Shown piece by piece: positions 46,487 to 57,432 of a stretch of DNA of 64,000 nucleotides. The DNA lies in NCBI RefSeq assembly GCF_029227855.1, contig NZ_CP074356.1. One strand, given 5' to 3'. The position numbers were made by a program, and so were the translations under genes. The stretch's first letter is position 1. The number at the start of each line of letters is the position of its first letter. The notes under the pieces were generated by a model. The model was not told where the DNA came from and did not search any database. It saw nothing but the letters and a program-made list of their open reading frames with translations. The DNA is from Escherichia coli (GTDB taxonomy: Bacteria > Pseudomonadota > Gammaproteobacteria > Enterobacterales > Enterobacteriaceae).

Positions 46487-46672
46487 TCACTTTTCAAAAG
46501 TCCGTGAACTCTCAAACGAATCCGCAATTAAATATTCTGCCCATGCGGGGAAGGATGAGAAGCTTCGACCAAGGTGCGACTCGGGCGCCAGCGAGAAAGC
46601 GTTGCCGCAGGCAACGACCCGAAGGGTGAAGCGCGCAGCGCTGAGTAATCCTTCCCCCACCACCATCACTTC
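46487..46672 (+). ncRNA. rttR: tyrT operon distal repeat unit (rtT-like) ending in a copy of the tRNA 3' terminus
   Basis: About 186 bp after tyrV ends with TCCTTCCCCCACCACCATCAC, repeating the last 19 nt of the tRNA; matches the recalled organisation of the K-12 tyrT distal repeats. One unit seen here. Confidence 0.4.
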
Positions 46673-46804
46673 CTGTAAATACTCAAAACCTGTTACTCCG
46701 AGCTAATTCTACCCAATGGCACCGCGTTTACCGGACCTACAATATCCTCCCCTGTAGGTCGGATAAGCGAAGCGCATCCGACAACTCACCCCGTACCGTG
46801 CCCA

Positions 46805-46829
46805 TAAAAAAACCCCGCCGAAGCGGGGT
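46805..46829 (-). terminator. narGHJI operon terminator
   Basis: On the minus strand ACCCCGCTTCGGCGGGGT hairpin followed by TTTTTTT, immediately after the narI stop; preceded by a REP-like palindrome at about 46757-46790. Confidence 0.85.
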
Positions 46830-46849
46830 CTATGCAAACTAAAATTCGC

Positions 46850-47527
46850 TTAGTGACGAGCGCGCACCAGCTGATACTTACGTGTCAGATACTCCACCGG
46901 TACGCTCCAGATGTGCACCAGACGTGAGAACGGGAACAGCAAGAATAACGTCATCCCCAGCACCAGGTGCAGACGGAAGATAAACGCCACACCATCAAGG
47001 TGTTGAGAAGCGCCACCGTGGAAGGTCACTACCGACTGCGCCCAGCCAACCAGTTTCATCATCTCGCTACCGTCCATATGCTGGGCGGAGAACGGAATGG
47101 TCAGCAAGCCCAGAGCGCACTGGATAACCAGCAGAGACAGGATCAGGATATCCGCTCCGGTAGTCGTTGCACGCACGCGTGGGCTGAACAGACGACGTTT
47201 CAGCAACAGCACGCCGCCAATCAGACACAGCACGCCGCTGGCACCACCAGCAAACATCGCCATTTTCTGTTTCACTTCAATCGGCAGCCAGGCTTCATAC
47301 ATCCAGTGCGGCGTCAGCATACCGAAGAAGTGACCGACAAAAATCCCCAGAATACCGATATGGAACAGGTTCGACGCCAGGTTCATCCCTTTGCGATCCA
47401 GCATCTGGCTGGACGCCGCGCGCCAGGTGTACTGCCCGTAGTCATAACGCAGCCAGCTACCAATCAGGAAGACCGCCCCGGTTATGTACGGGTAGATATC
47501 AAAGAAGAACATATTCAGGAATTGCAT
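46850..47527 (-). CDS. narI: respiratory nitrate reductase gamma subunit (cytochrome b)
   Basis: 225 aa polytopic membrane protein. Confidence 0.95.
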   Translation of the reverse strand: MQFLNMFFFDIYPYITGAVFLIGSWLRYDYGQYTWRAASSQMLDRKGMNLASNLFHIGILGIFVGHFFGMLTPHWMYEAWLPIEVKQKMAMFAGGASGVLCLIGGVLLLKRRLFSPRVRATTTGADILILSLLVIQCALGLLTIPFSAQHMDGSEMMKLVGWAQSVVTFHGGASQHLDGVAFIFRLHLVLGMTLFLLFPFSRLVHIWSVPVEYLTRKYQLVRARH

Positions 47528-48237
47528 TAGTGCTGTCCTCCGGTGGTGATATTCAGATATTGCGGCGCGACGGCACCAGCAAAGCGACGCTGATGAGCAG
47601 TGATTGCTGAATCACCGCAGCCTTTGTCAGCAAAGAATTTAACCTGCTCTTCTTCCCAGACAGCATCCAGCGCCTGCGGCGTATCGTCGCGCGCTTCGTC
47701 GGCAATTTTTTCCGCCACTTTGTCGCTGTCGATTGCGGTATTCGCCAGTTTCAGCAGCAGATCAAACAGCACGGCATAACGGCTTTCACGCTGTTGCAGA
47801 CGCGCACTCAGCAATGCCAGAATCGGCGCAATATCTTTCAAACCCTCCACGGCTTCGCTTTGCGGCAGCTGCGCCAGGTACTCCAGATACAGCGGCAGAT
47901 GGTCGGGCAATTCGCGGCTGTTTAACTGCAAACCGTGCTGCTCATACTGCGCCAGCAGGTCTACCATCGCCTGACCGCGGTCGCGGGATTCACCGTGCAC
48001 ATGTTCAAACAGCAACAGTGACGTGGCACGACCACGGTCGAACAGTTCGCTGTACTGGGCCTGAGCATCGAGCGGATCCATCGCCGTTAAATCGCGCAGG
48101 AAAATGCCCAGCGCATGGGCATCTTCTTTCGACAGATTTTTCGACGCAGCAATCGCCTCAAACATCTCTTGTTGATGCTGCCATAAGGCAGCATCCGGAT
48201 ATTCAAGGAGACGCGATACAATCACGAGTTCGATCAT
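47527..48237 (-). CDS. narJ: nitrate reductase assembly chaperone
   Basis: 236 aa. Confidence 0.95.
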   Translation of the reverse strand: MIELVIVSRLLEYPDAALWQHQQEMFEAIAASKNLSKEDAHALGIFLRDLTAMDPLDAQAQYSELFDRGRATSLLLFEHVHGESRDRGQAMVDLLAQYEQHGLQLNSRELPDHLPLYLEYLAQLPQSEAVEGLKDIAPILALLSARLQQRESRYAVLFDLLLKLANTAIDSDKVAEKIADEARDDTPQALDAVWEEEQVKFFADKGCGDSAITAHQRRFAGAVAPQYLNITTGGQH

Positions 48238-49772
48238 GGGTGCGACTCCGTTTTGCTCGTTACGTCGATGGCATCGATACGGCGGCTGTTGAACAGATTG
48301 AATTTGGTATCTGAACCGTGGCAGCCATCACCAAAGGTAAAGCCGCAGCCATTTTTCTCCGGGAAGGCTTCCCGCGCCAGTTCACGATGACTGCTCGGCA
48401 CCACAAAGCGATCTTCGTAGTTAGCAATCGCCAGATAACGGTACATCTCCTGTGCCTGGGCTTCGGTCAGACCGACCTCTTCCAGCGCACGGGTATCGAC
48501 TTTACCGTCAACGGTTTCAGCACGTTTGTAATGACGCATCGCCAGCATACGTTTCAGCGCGCGCAGTACTGGTTTGGTATCACCGGCGGTCAGCAGATTC
48601 GCCAGATACTGTACCGGAATACGCAGACTTTCGACGTCTGGCAGAATGCCGTTGCTGCCCAGTTCACCCGCATCTGCCGCAGACTGAATCGGCGACAGAG
48701 GCGGCACGTACCAGACCATCGGCAGTGTGCGATATTCCGGATGCAGCGGCAGCGCCAGTTTCCATTCCATCGCCATTTTATAAACCGGCGACTGCTGTGC
48801 GGCTTCAATAACGCTCAGCGGAATACCGTCTTTAATTGCCTGCTCGATGACTTTCGGATCGTTCGGATCGAGGAACACCTCCAGCTGACGCTGGTAGAGA
48901 TCTTTCTCGTTCTCGGTGCTGGCTGCACGTTCAATGGCGTCGGCATCGTACAGCAGCACGCCGAGATAACGGATACGACCGACACAGGTTTCAGAGCACA
49001 CCGTCGGCTGACCGGCTTCAATACGCGGATAGCAGAAGATGCACTTCTCAGACTTACCGCTCTTCCAGTTGAAGTAGATTTTTTTGTACGGGCATCCGGT
49101 GATGCACATACGCCAGCCACGGCATTTATCCTGGTCGATCAGGACGATGCCATCTTCTTCACGCTTGTAAATCGCACCGCTCGGGCAGGTCGCCACACAT
49201 GCCGGGTTCAGGCAGTGTTCGCACAGGCGCGGCAAATACATCATGAAGGTGTTTTCGAACTGGCTATACATCGCCTTCTGGATGTTGTCGAAGTTCTTGT
49301 CTTTCGCCAGCTTGTCAAACTCACCGCCCAGGTCATCTTCCCAGTTCGGCCCTTTTTCGATTTTCGCCATCCGTTCGCCGGTAATCAGCGAACGCGGACG
49401 GGCAATCGGCTGCGATTTGCTGCCTTCCGGCGCGGTATGCAGGTTCTGATAATCAAAATCGAACGGCTCGTAATAATCGTCGATACCCGGCAGATGCGGG
49501 TTAGCAAAGATTTTACCCAGCAGCATGGCGCGGTTACCCATGCGCGGCTGCAGTTTGCCGTTGATTTTACGGATCCAGCCGCCTTTGTATTTTTCCTGGT
49601 TTTCCCAGTCAGTCGGGAAGCCCTGGCCCGGCTTGGTTTCCACGTTGTTGAACCACGCGTATTCCACACCTTCGCGGCTGGTCCAGACGTTTTTACAGGT
49701 AACTGAACAGGTGTGGCAGCCGATGCACTTATCGAGATTCAGCACCATGCCGACTTGTGAACGAATTTTCAT
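48234..49772 (-). CDS. narH: respiratory nitrate reductase beta subunit (Fe-S)
   Basis: 512 aa; ferredoxin-type Cys clusters (CIGCHTCSVTC, CEHCLNPACVATCP). Confidence 0.95.
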   Translation of the reverse strand: MKIRSQVGMVLNLDKCIGCHTCSVTCKNVWTSREGVEYAWFNNVETKPGQGFPTDWENQEKYKGGWIRKINGKLQPRMGNRAMLLGKIFANPHLPGIDDYYEPFDFDYQNLHTAPEGSKSQPIARPRSLITGERMAKIEKGPNWEDDLGGEFDKLAKDKNFDNIQKAMYSQFENTFMMYLPRLCEHCLNPACVATCPSGAIYKREEDGIVLIDQDKCRGWRMCITGCPYKKIYFNWKSGKSEKCIFCYPRIEAGQPTVCSETCVGRIRYLGVLLYDADAIERAASTENEKDLYQRQLEVFLDPNDPKVIEQAIKDGIPLSVIEAAQQSPVYKMAMEWKLALPLHPEYRTLPMVWYVPPLSPIQSAADAGELGSNGILPDVESLRIPVQYLANLLTAGDTKPVLRALKRMLAMRHYKRAETVDGKVDTRALEEVGLTEAQAQEMYRYLAIANYEDRFVVPSSHRELAREAFPEKNGCGFTFGDGCHGSDTKFNLFNSRRIDAIDVTSKTESHP

Positions 49773-52700
49773 TTTACGCTCTCCTGTACCTGGTCATTGC
49801 CTTCGCCATCTAACCAGTCAATGTTCTTCATCTTACGCACTACAACAAACTCATCGCGGTTAGAACCTACGGTGCCGTAGTAGTTAAAGCCGTATGCCAG
49901 ATGGGCATAGCCGCCGATCATATGCGTCGGTTTCGGCGTGATACGGGTGACCGAGTTATGGATACCACCACGCTGTTGGGTAATTTCCGAACCAGGCAGG
50001 TTAACGATACGTTCCTGCGCGTGGTACATCATGGTCATCCCTGCCGGAACACGCTGGCTGACAACCGCACGGGCAGTCAGAGCACCGTTGCTGTTGAAGA
50101 CTTCAATCCAGTCGTTATCGGCGATACCCAGCTCTTTGGCATCGGCTTCACTCAGCCAGACCACCGGACCACCGCGACCTAAAGTCAGCATCAGCAGGTT
50201 GTCGCTGTAGGTGGAGTGGATACCCCACTTCTGGTGCGGCGTCAGGAAGTTGAGCGCTTTTTCCGGGTTGCCATTGGATTTCTGGCCCATCACTTCTTTC
50301 ACCGAACGGGTGTCGATCGGCGGACGATAAACCAGCAGGCTTTCACCGAAATCACGCATCCATTGGTGATCCTGATACAGTTGCTGACGGCCAGAGAGCG
50401 TACGCCACGGGATCAGCTCGTGAATGTTGGTGTAACCGGCGTTGTAAGAAACGTGTTCATCTTCAAGGCCAGACCAGGTTGGGCTGGAGATGATTTTGCG
50501 CGGCTGTGCCTGAATATCGCGGAAGCGAATCTTCTCGTCTTCTTTATTCAGCGCCAGATGCGTATGGTCACGACCGGTAAACTCGCTCAGGGCAGCCCAG
50601 GCTTTCACGGCTACCTGACCGTTGGTTTCCGGTGCCAGCGTCAGGATCATCTCTGCCGCATCAATGGCGGTGTTCAGCATCGGCTGGCCTTTTGCCGGAC
50701 CTTCCGCTTTGGTGTAGTTGAGCTTACGCAGCAGATCCATCTCGCTCTGGGTGTTCCAGGCAATCCCTTTACCGCCGTTACCGATTTTCTCCATCAACGG
50801 GCCGATAGAGGTAAAGCGTTCGTAAGTTGCCGGATAATCGCGCTCTACGACCATAATGTGCGGTGCAGTTTTACCTGGGATCAGGTCGCATTCGCCTTTT
50901 TTCCAGTCTTTCACATCCAGCGGTTGCGCCAGTTCAGCGGCAGAGTCGTGCTGGATAGGCAGCGTGACGATGTCGGTTTCTTTACCCAGGTGGCCGACGC
51001 ACACTTCGGAGAATTTCTTCGCGATGGCTTTGTAGATTTCCCAGTCGCTTTTCGCTTCCCAGGCCGGATCGACCGCCGCAGACAGCGGGTGAATAAACGG
51101 ATGCATATCCGAAGTATTCATGTCGTCTTTTTCGTACCAGGTCGCCGTCGGCAAAATGATGTCGGAATAGAGACAGGTGCTCGACAGACGGAAGTCCAGC
51201 GTAACCACCAGATCCAGCTTGCCTTCCAGACCATTGTCCTGCCAGTCCACTTCTTCCGGCTTCACGCCGCCCTGCTGCCCCAGATCTTTACCCTGGATAC
51301 CGTGCTCCGTCCCCAGCAGGTACTTGAGCATAAACTCATGACCTTTACCGGAAGAACCGAGCAGGTTAGAACGCCAGATGAACAGGTTGCGCGGGTGGTT
51401 TTTACCGTTTTCCGGCTGTTCCGCAGCGAAACGGATAGAACCCTCTTTCAGGGATTTCACCGTATAGTCCACCGGATTCATCCCGGCTTTTTCTGCTTCG
51501 CGAGCGATAGTCAGCGGGTTAGTGCCTAACTGCGGCGCAGACGGCAGCCAGCCCATGCGTTCTGCACGGACGTTAAAGTCGATCAAGTGTCCGGTATAGC
51601 GAGATTTATCCGCCATCGGCGACAGCAGTTCTGCCGCAGTCACGGTTTCATAACGCCACTGGCTGGAGTGGTTATAGAAATAAGAGGTACTGTTCATGTG
51701 ACGCGCCGGACGCTGCCAGTCGAGGGCAAACGCCAGCGGCTGCCAGCCGGTTTGCGGACGCAGTTTTTCCTGACCTACATAGTGCGCCCAGCCCCCCCCG
51801 CTCTGACCGACACAGCCGCAGAAAATCAGCATGTTGATCAGACCACGATAGTTCATATCGAGGTGATACCAGTGGTTCAGCCCCGCACCGACGATAATCA
51901 TCGAACGACCGTGCGTCTTGTCAGCGTTATCGGCAAATTCACGGGCAATACGGATAATCTGGCTACGAGAAACGCCAGTGATTTGCTCGGCCCAGGCAGG
52001 GGTGTAAGCTTTCACGTCGTCATAGCTGGTTGCACAATTAACGTCGTTCAGGCCACGTTCCAGACCGTAGTTTGCCAGCGTCAGATCATAAACGGTGGTC
52101 ACCAGGGCGGTGCTGCCATCAGCCAGTTGCAAGCGTTTCACCGGCAGCTTGTGCAGCAGCACGTTTTCCAGTTCCACTTTGTTGAAGTGTTCCGTGCCGT
52201 CGCCACCAAAGTACGGGAAGCCCACCTCAGCGATCTCATCCTGGCTACCCAGCAGGCTCAGTTGCAGCTCGGTTTCTTCGCCAGTTTTGCCGTCGCGCTG
52301 TTCAAGATTCCATTTGCCCTTCTCGCCCCAGCGGAAGCCGATAGAACCGTTCGGCGCAACCATTTCGCCATTGGTATTAAAGGCGACAGTTTTCCATTCC
52401 GGATTGTTTTCCTGGCCCAGCGCATCCACCAGATCAGCAGCGCGCAGCATACGACCCGCAGCGTAGTAACCGTCGCGTTCTTCCAGCATCACCAGCATCG
52501 GCATGTCGGTGTAGCGACGCACATAGTCGGTGAAATACTGGCTTGGGTTGTCGAGGTGGAATTCACGCAGCATTACGTGGCCCATCGCCAGCGCCATTGC
52601 TGCGTCGGTGCCCTGTTTCGGTGCCAGCCACAGATCGCACAGTTTGGCGATTTCAGCGTAGTCCGGTGTGACGGCAACAGTTTTGGTGCCTTTGTAACGC

Positions 52701-53512
52701 ACTTCAGTAAAGAAGTGAGCATCCGGGGTACGCGTCTGCGGCACGTTTGAACCCCAGGCGATGATGTAGCTGGAGTTGTACCAGTCAGCAGATTCCGGTA
52801 CGTCAGTCTGCTCGCCCCAGGTTTGCGGAGATGCAGGAGGCAGGTCGCAGTACCAGTCGTAGAAGCTTAAGCAAGTACCGCCAAGCAGCGAGAGATAGCG
52901 CGCGCCGGAAGCGTAAGAAACCATCGACATTGCCGGAATTGGCGAGAAGCCAGCGACGCGGTCCGGGCCGTAGTTTTTGATGGTGTAAACGTTAGAGGCG
53001 GCGATCATTTCATTCACTTCCTGCCAGGAAGAACGAACAAAACCACCGCGTCCACGCGCCTGCTTAAAGCTTTTCGCTTTATCGGCGTCTTCAATGATAG
53101 AAGCCCATGCCTCAACCGGATCGCTATGCAGCGCCTTCGCTTCACGCCACATTTTCATCAGGCGTTTGCGCATCATCGGGTATTTCAGACGGTTGGCGCT
53201 GTAAAGATACCAGGAGTAGCTGGCACCACGCGGGCAGCCGCGAGGTTCATGGTTTGGCAGGTCCGGGCGAGTACGCGGATAGTCAGTCTGCTGGGTTTCC
53301 CAGGTCACCAGACCGTTTTTAACGTAGATTTTCCAGCTGCAGGAGCCGGTGCAGTTTACCCCGTGGGTAGAGCGGACGATTTTGTCATGCTGCCAACGCT
53401 GGCGATATCCATCCTCCCAGTCACGGTTGGTATTGAGAAGCTGGCCATGCCCATCGGCAAAGGTTTCACCCTTCTGTTTGAAGTAGCGAAACCGGTCCAG
53501 GAATTTACTCAT
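49769..53512 (-). CDS. narG: respiratory nitrate reductase alpha subunit (Mo-bisMGD)
   Basis: 1247 aa MSKFLDRFRYFKQKGETFADGHGQLL... Confidence 0.96.
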   Translation of the reverse strand: MSKFLDRFRYFKQKGETFADGHGQLLNTNRDWEDGYRQRWQHDKIVRSTHGVNCTGSCSWKIYVKNGLVTWETQQTDYPRTRPDLPNHEPRGCPRGASYSWYLYSANRLKYPMMRKRLMKMWREAKALHSDPVEAWASIIEDADKAKSFKQARGRGGFVRSSWQEVNEMIAASNVYTIKNYGPDRVAGFSPIPAMSMVSYASGARYLSLLGGTCLSFYDWYCDLPPASPQTWGEQTDVPESADWYNSSYIIAWGSNVPQTRTPDAHFFTEVRYKGTKTVAVTPDYAEIAKLCDLWLAPKQGTDAAMALAMGHVMLREFHLDNPSQYFTDYVRRYTDMPMLVMLEERDGYYAAGRMLRAADLVDALGQENNPEWKTVAFNTNGEMVAPNGSIGFRWGEKGKWNLEQRDGKTGEETELQLSLLGSQDEIAEVGFPYFGGDGTEHFNKVELENVLLHKLPVKRLQLADGSTALVTTVYDLTLANYGLERGLNDVNCATSYDDVKAYTPAWAEQITGVSRSQIIRIAREFADNADKTHGRSMIIVGAGLNHWYHLDMNYRGLINMLIFCGCVGQSGGGWAHYVGQEKLRPQTGWQPLAFALDWQRPARHMNSTSYFYNHSSQWRYETVTAAELLSPMADKSRYTGHLIDFNVRAERMGWLPSAPQLGTNPLTIAREAEKAGMNPVDYTVKSLKEGSIRFAAEQPENGKNHPRNLFIWRSNLLGSSGKGHEFMLKYLLGTEHGIQGKDLGQQGGVKPEEVDWQDNGLEGKLDLVVTLDFRLSSTCLYSDIILPTATWYEKDDMNTSDMHPFIHPLSAAVDPAWEAKSDWEIYKAIAKKFSEVCVGHLGKETDIVTLPIQHDSAAELAQPLDVKDWKKGECDLIPGKTAPHIMVVERDYPATYERFTSIGPLMEKIGNGGKGIAWNTQSEMDLLRKLNYTKAEGPAKGQPMLNTAIDAAEMILTLAPETNGQVAVKAWAALSEFTGRDHTHLALNKEDEKIRFRDIQAQPRKIISSPTWSGLEDEHVSYNAGYTNIHELIPWRTLSGRQQLYQDHQWMRDFGESLLVYRPPIDTRSVKEVMGQKSNGNPEKALNFLTPHQKWGIHSTYSDNLLMLTLGRGGPVVWLSEADAKELGIADNDWIEVFNSNGALTARAVVSQRVPAGMTMMYHAQERIVNLPGSEITQQRGGIHNSVTRITPKPTHMIGGYAHLAYGFNYYGTVGSNRDEFVVVRKMKNIDWLDGEGNDQVQESVK

Positions 53513-53603
53513 CGGTTTTCTCCTGTGGGAGCCTGTCGGCCCTCTGATAAATCGACATTGCTAATGTTTAAGGGCAAGGTAACGCTCTGAAACAGCGTGG
53601 GAA

Positions 53604-53617
53604 TTGATAACGATCAA
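53604..53617. promoter_or_regulatory. FNR site of narG promoter
   Basis: TTGATaacgATCAA, perfect match to TTGAT-N4-ATCAA, about 90-105 bp upstream of the narG ATG; TACCCCT NarL-type heptamer at 53655-53661. Confidence 0.8.
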
Positions 53618-53856
53618 GAGTGATGGGGATGAAAAATAAAGTAAATTCCTAAGATACCCCTTTAGGATAATTAACAGCCACAACATAACAGACTGTAAAT
53701 TAAGACGTTTTATACCTGTAGTTATTTAAACTATTAAGATTTTTATGCAGATGGGTATTAAGGAGTATTCCCCATGGGTAACATATTAATGGCTCTTAAT
53801 GAAATCCGGCGAAATAAGCCACTCACACATGAGTATGTTGTAACTAAACGACAGAT

Positions 53857-53882
53857 AAAAAAAGCGCGACATCATGCCGCGC
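53857..53882 (-). terminator. narK terminator
   Basis: On the minus strand GCGCGGCATGATGTCGCGC hairpin followed by TTTTTTT, about 25-50 nt after the narK stop. Confidence 0.75.
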
Positions 53883-53905
53883 AAAGGATAATCAAATATT
53901 AAGAT

Positions 53906-55297
53906 TTATTTTTTAGAATGCCGACCATATACCGCCCAAGTAATCACTACACAGGCGATATAGAAAATCAAAAATACTTTCATTGCGCCGACTGGCGAAC
54001 CCGTTAATGCCAGCGAGCTACCGAACGCTTTCGGGATAAAGAAGCCACCAATCGCGCCAATCGCAGAGATGAAACCCAGCGCCGCCGCCGTGTCGGTTGC
54101 TGCTTCACGCATCGCACGTTCGTCAGAACCCCCTTCTGCTTTCACGCGATCCATTGTCAGTTTACGGAAGATCACGGAAATCATCTGGAAAGTGGAACCA
54201 CTACCCAGCCCAGCTGTCAGGAACAGCGCCAGGAAGACTGCGAAGAACGCCATGAAGCTTCCGCCCTGTCCGTCAGTCGGTAAGGTCAGGAACAGCAGGC
54301 CGCTGAAAATTGCCATCAGAATAAAGTTCACCAGCGTGACACGAGTTCCGCCAAGACGGTCAGATAATGCACCACCTGCAGAACGCGCCAGCGCACCAAT
54401 AAACGGCCCGAAGAAAGCGTATTGCAGAATCTGAACATCCGGGAACTGCGTTTTTGACAGCATCGCAAAGCCCGCGGAGAAGCCGATGAAGGAGCCGAAG
54501 GTTGCCAGATACAGCAGGCTCATAATCCACAGATGACCCCGTTTGAGTACCGGCAACTGCTCCTTGATGGAGGCTTTCGAGGTAGCAAGATCGTTCATGC
54601 CAAACCACGCCGCAATGGTGAAGATGGCAAGGAACGGCACCCATACCCAGGACGCATTCGCCAGATACAGCTCAGTCCCATCCGGCTGTTTGACACCCTG
54701 GCTACCAAATACTGCGAAAATCGACAGTGATACCACCAGCGGAGCAACCAACTGCATGACGCTGACGCCCATGTTGCCCAGACCACCATTCAGACCCAGC
54801 GCGCCACCCTGCTTCTGTTTCGGAAAGAAGAAGCTGATGTTTGCCATACTGGAAGCGAAGTTCGCGCCAGCAAAGCCGCACAGTAGAGAGATGATGATGA
54901 AGACGCTATAAGGCGTGGAGGTATCCTGCACGGCAAAACCCAGCCAGACGCAAGGAATAATCAGAATACCGGTGCTGAACGCCGTCCAGCGACGACCACC
55001 GAAGATAGGAACCATAAAGGAGTATGGAACACGTAATAACGCGCCAGAAACCGAAGGCAGCGCAGTCAACATAAATAGCTGATCGGTCGTAAAATTAAAA
55101 CCGACTTTCGGTAAGTTCACCGCAACAGCGCTGAACAACATCCATACGCAAAACGCCAGCAGCAGACAGGGAACGGAAATCCACAGGTTGCGGCTGGCAA
55201 TACGTTGACCGCGTTGTTGCCAGAACGCAGGATCTTCCGGTCGCCAATCTGTAATGACAGCTCCAGTAGCCCTTTCGGGGGCGGATGAGTGACTCAT
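53906..55297 (-). CDS. narK: nitrate/nitrite antiporter (MFS)
   Basis: Start taken at second Met (MSHSSAPERATGAVITDWRPEDPAFW..., 463 aa); the ORF-track start is 2 codons upstream. Confidence 0.93.
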   Translation of the reverse strand: MSHSSAPERATGAVITDWRPEDPAFWQQRGQRIASRNLWISVPCLLLAFCVWMLFSAVAVNLPKVGFNFTTDQLFMLTALPSVSGALLRVPYSFMVPIFGGRRWTAFSTGILIIPCVWLGFAVQDTSTPYSVFIIISLLCGFAGANFASSMANISFFFPKQKQGGALGLNGGLGNMGVSVMQLVAPLVVSLSIFAVFGSQGVKQPDGTELYLANASWVWVPFLAIFTIAAWFGMNDLATSKASIKEQLPVLKRGHLWIMSLLYLATFGSFIGFSAGFAMLSKTQFPDVQILQYAFFGPFIGALARSAGGALSDRLGGTRVTLVNFILMAIFSGLLFLTLPTDGQGGSFMAFFAVFLALFLTAGLGSGSTFQMISVIFRKLTMDRVKAEGGSDERAMREAATDTAAALGFISAIGAIGGFFIPKAFGSSLALTGSPVGAMKVFLIFYIACVVITWAVYGRHSKK

Positions 55298-55356
55298 AGA
55301 CACCTCTGATACTCGTTTCGATGTCTGCCACCTTAGTGTCTGTAGCTAAAGGCAAT

Positions 55357-55370
55357 TTGATGTAAATCAA
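55357..55370. promoter_or_regulatory. FNR site of narK promoter
   Basis: TTGATgtaaATCAA, perfect consensus, about 60-70 bp upstream of the narK start; TACCCAT heptamer at 55409-55415. Confidence 0.8.
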
Positions 55371-55635
55371 ACGATAAGATAACTTTATCTATCATTGATA
55401 TTTATCATTACCCATAGTGAGTACAGTGATTTCATAAAAATTATGAGATTTTTCACGGTGCTGTAAAATCCCTACCCTTACCGATGTAAAGCGACTAACC
55501 ACGCGGCAAATAAGGAGTAACTCTTTCCGGGTATGGGTATACTTCAGCCAATAGCCGAGAATACTGCCATTCCAGAATGTATCGCCACATTCATTAAGGT
55601 TATTGCTCATTTAAAGCCTGAAGGAAGAGGTTTAC

Positions 55636-57432
55636 ATGCTTAAACGTTGTCTCTCTCCGCTCACCCTGGTTAATCAGGTTGCGCTTATTGTGTTGCTTTC
55701 TACTGCTATTGGACTGGCAGGGATGGCAGTTTCTGGCTGGCTAGTGCAAGGCGTTCAGGGCAGCGCCCATGCGATCAACAAAGCGGGATCGCTGCGCATG
55801 CAAAGTTACCGTCTGTTGGCGGCAGTGCCATTAAGCGAGAAAGACAAGTCCTTAATTAAAGAGATGGAACAAACAGCATTTAGCGCCGAATTAACCCGAG
55901 CAGCAGAACGAGACGGACAACTGGCGCAATTACAGGGTTTACAAGATTACTGGCGTAATGAACTGATCCCTGCGCTGATGCGTGCACAAAACCGCGAAAC
56001 GGTGTCAGCGGATGTCAGCCAGTTTGTTGCCGGGCTTGATCAGCTGGTATCTGGTTTTGACCGCACCACGGAAATGCGTATTGAGACAGTGGTGCTGGTC
56101 CATCGGGTAATGGCGGTATTTATGGCACTTTTACTGGTGTTCACTATTATCTGGTTGCGGGCGCGATTGCTACAACCGTGGCGGCAACTGCTGGCAATGG
56201 CGAGTGCCGTCAGCCATCGCGATTTTACCCAACGCGCGAACATCAGCGGGCGCAACGAAATGGCGATGCTTGGAACTGCGTTGAACAATATGTCTGCAGA
56301 ACTGGCCGAAAGTTATGCCATACTTGAGCAGCGGGTTCAGGAGAAAACCGCCGGGCTGGAGCATAAAAATCAGATCCTCTCTTTTTTATGGCAGGCCAAC
56401 CGCCGATTGCATTCCCGCGCCCCGCTGTGTGAACGCCTGTCACCTGTACTCAACGGCTTACAGAATTTGACCCTGCTACGTGATATTGAACTGCGGGTGT
56501 ATGACACTGATGATGAAGAGAATCATCAGGAGTTTACCTGCCAGCCAGATATGACTTGTGATGATAAAGGCTGCCAGCTCTGCCCGCGCGGCGTATTACC
56601 CGTTGGCGATCGCGGCACAACCCTGAAGTGGCGGCTGGCTGACTCTCATACGCAGTACGGTATTTTGCTGGCGACCCTGCCGCAGGGGCGTCATCTTAGC
56701 CATGATCAACAACAACTGGTGGATACCCTGGTTGAACAACTCACCGCCACGCTGGCGTTGGATCGCCATCAGGAACGTCAGCAACAGTTGATCGTGATGG
56801 AAGAGCGTGCCACCATTGCGCGCGAACTGCATGATTCTATTGCCCAATCTCTCTCTTGCATGAAGATGCAGGTGAGTTGTTTACAGATGCAGGGCGATGC
56901 GCTGCCAGAAAGCAGTCGCGAACTGTTAAGTCAGATCCGTAACGAACTGAATGCATCCTGGGCGCAGTTGCGTGAATTGCTCACCACATTCCGTTTGCAG
57001 CTCACCGAGCCTGGATTACGTCCGGCGCTGGAGGCGAGTTGCGAAGAGTACAGCGCCAAATTTGGCTTCCCGGTGAAGCTGAATTATCAATTGCCGCCTC
57101 GTCTGGTGCCTTCGCATCAGGCAATCCACTTGTTGCAAATTGCCCGTGAGGCATTAAGTAACGCCCTCAAACATTCGCAAGCGAGTGAAGTCGTGGTGAC
57201 GGTGGCGCAAAACGATAATCAGGTCAAACTGACCGTCCAGGATAACGGCTGCGGCGTGCCTGAAAATGCCATCCGCAGCAATCACTACGGCATGATAATA
57301 ATGCGCGACCGTGCGCAAAGTTTACGAGGCGATTGCCGCGTCCGCCGTCGTGAATCAGGTGGCACCGAAGTGGTGGTCACCTTTATTCCCGAAAAAACTT
57401 TCACAGACGTCCAAGGAGATACCCATGAGTAA
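55636..57432 (+). CDS. narX: nitrate/nitrite sensor histidine kinase
   Basis: 598 aa; periplasmic P-box region, HAMP, H-box ([11 protein letters not shown]), ATPase domain; 3' end overlaps narL by 8 nt. Confidence 0.95.

Noticed and set aside
48318-52750. Long plus-strand ORFs (462, 437, 387 aa) antisense to narH and narG
   Set aside because: They overlap well-defined nar genes on the opposite strand; Arg/Phe/Val-rich nonsense composition; no independent start signals.
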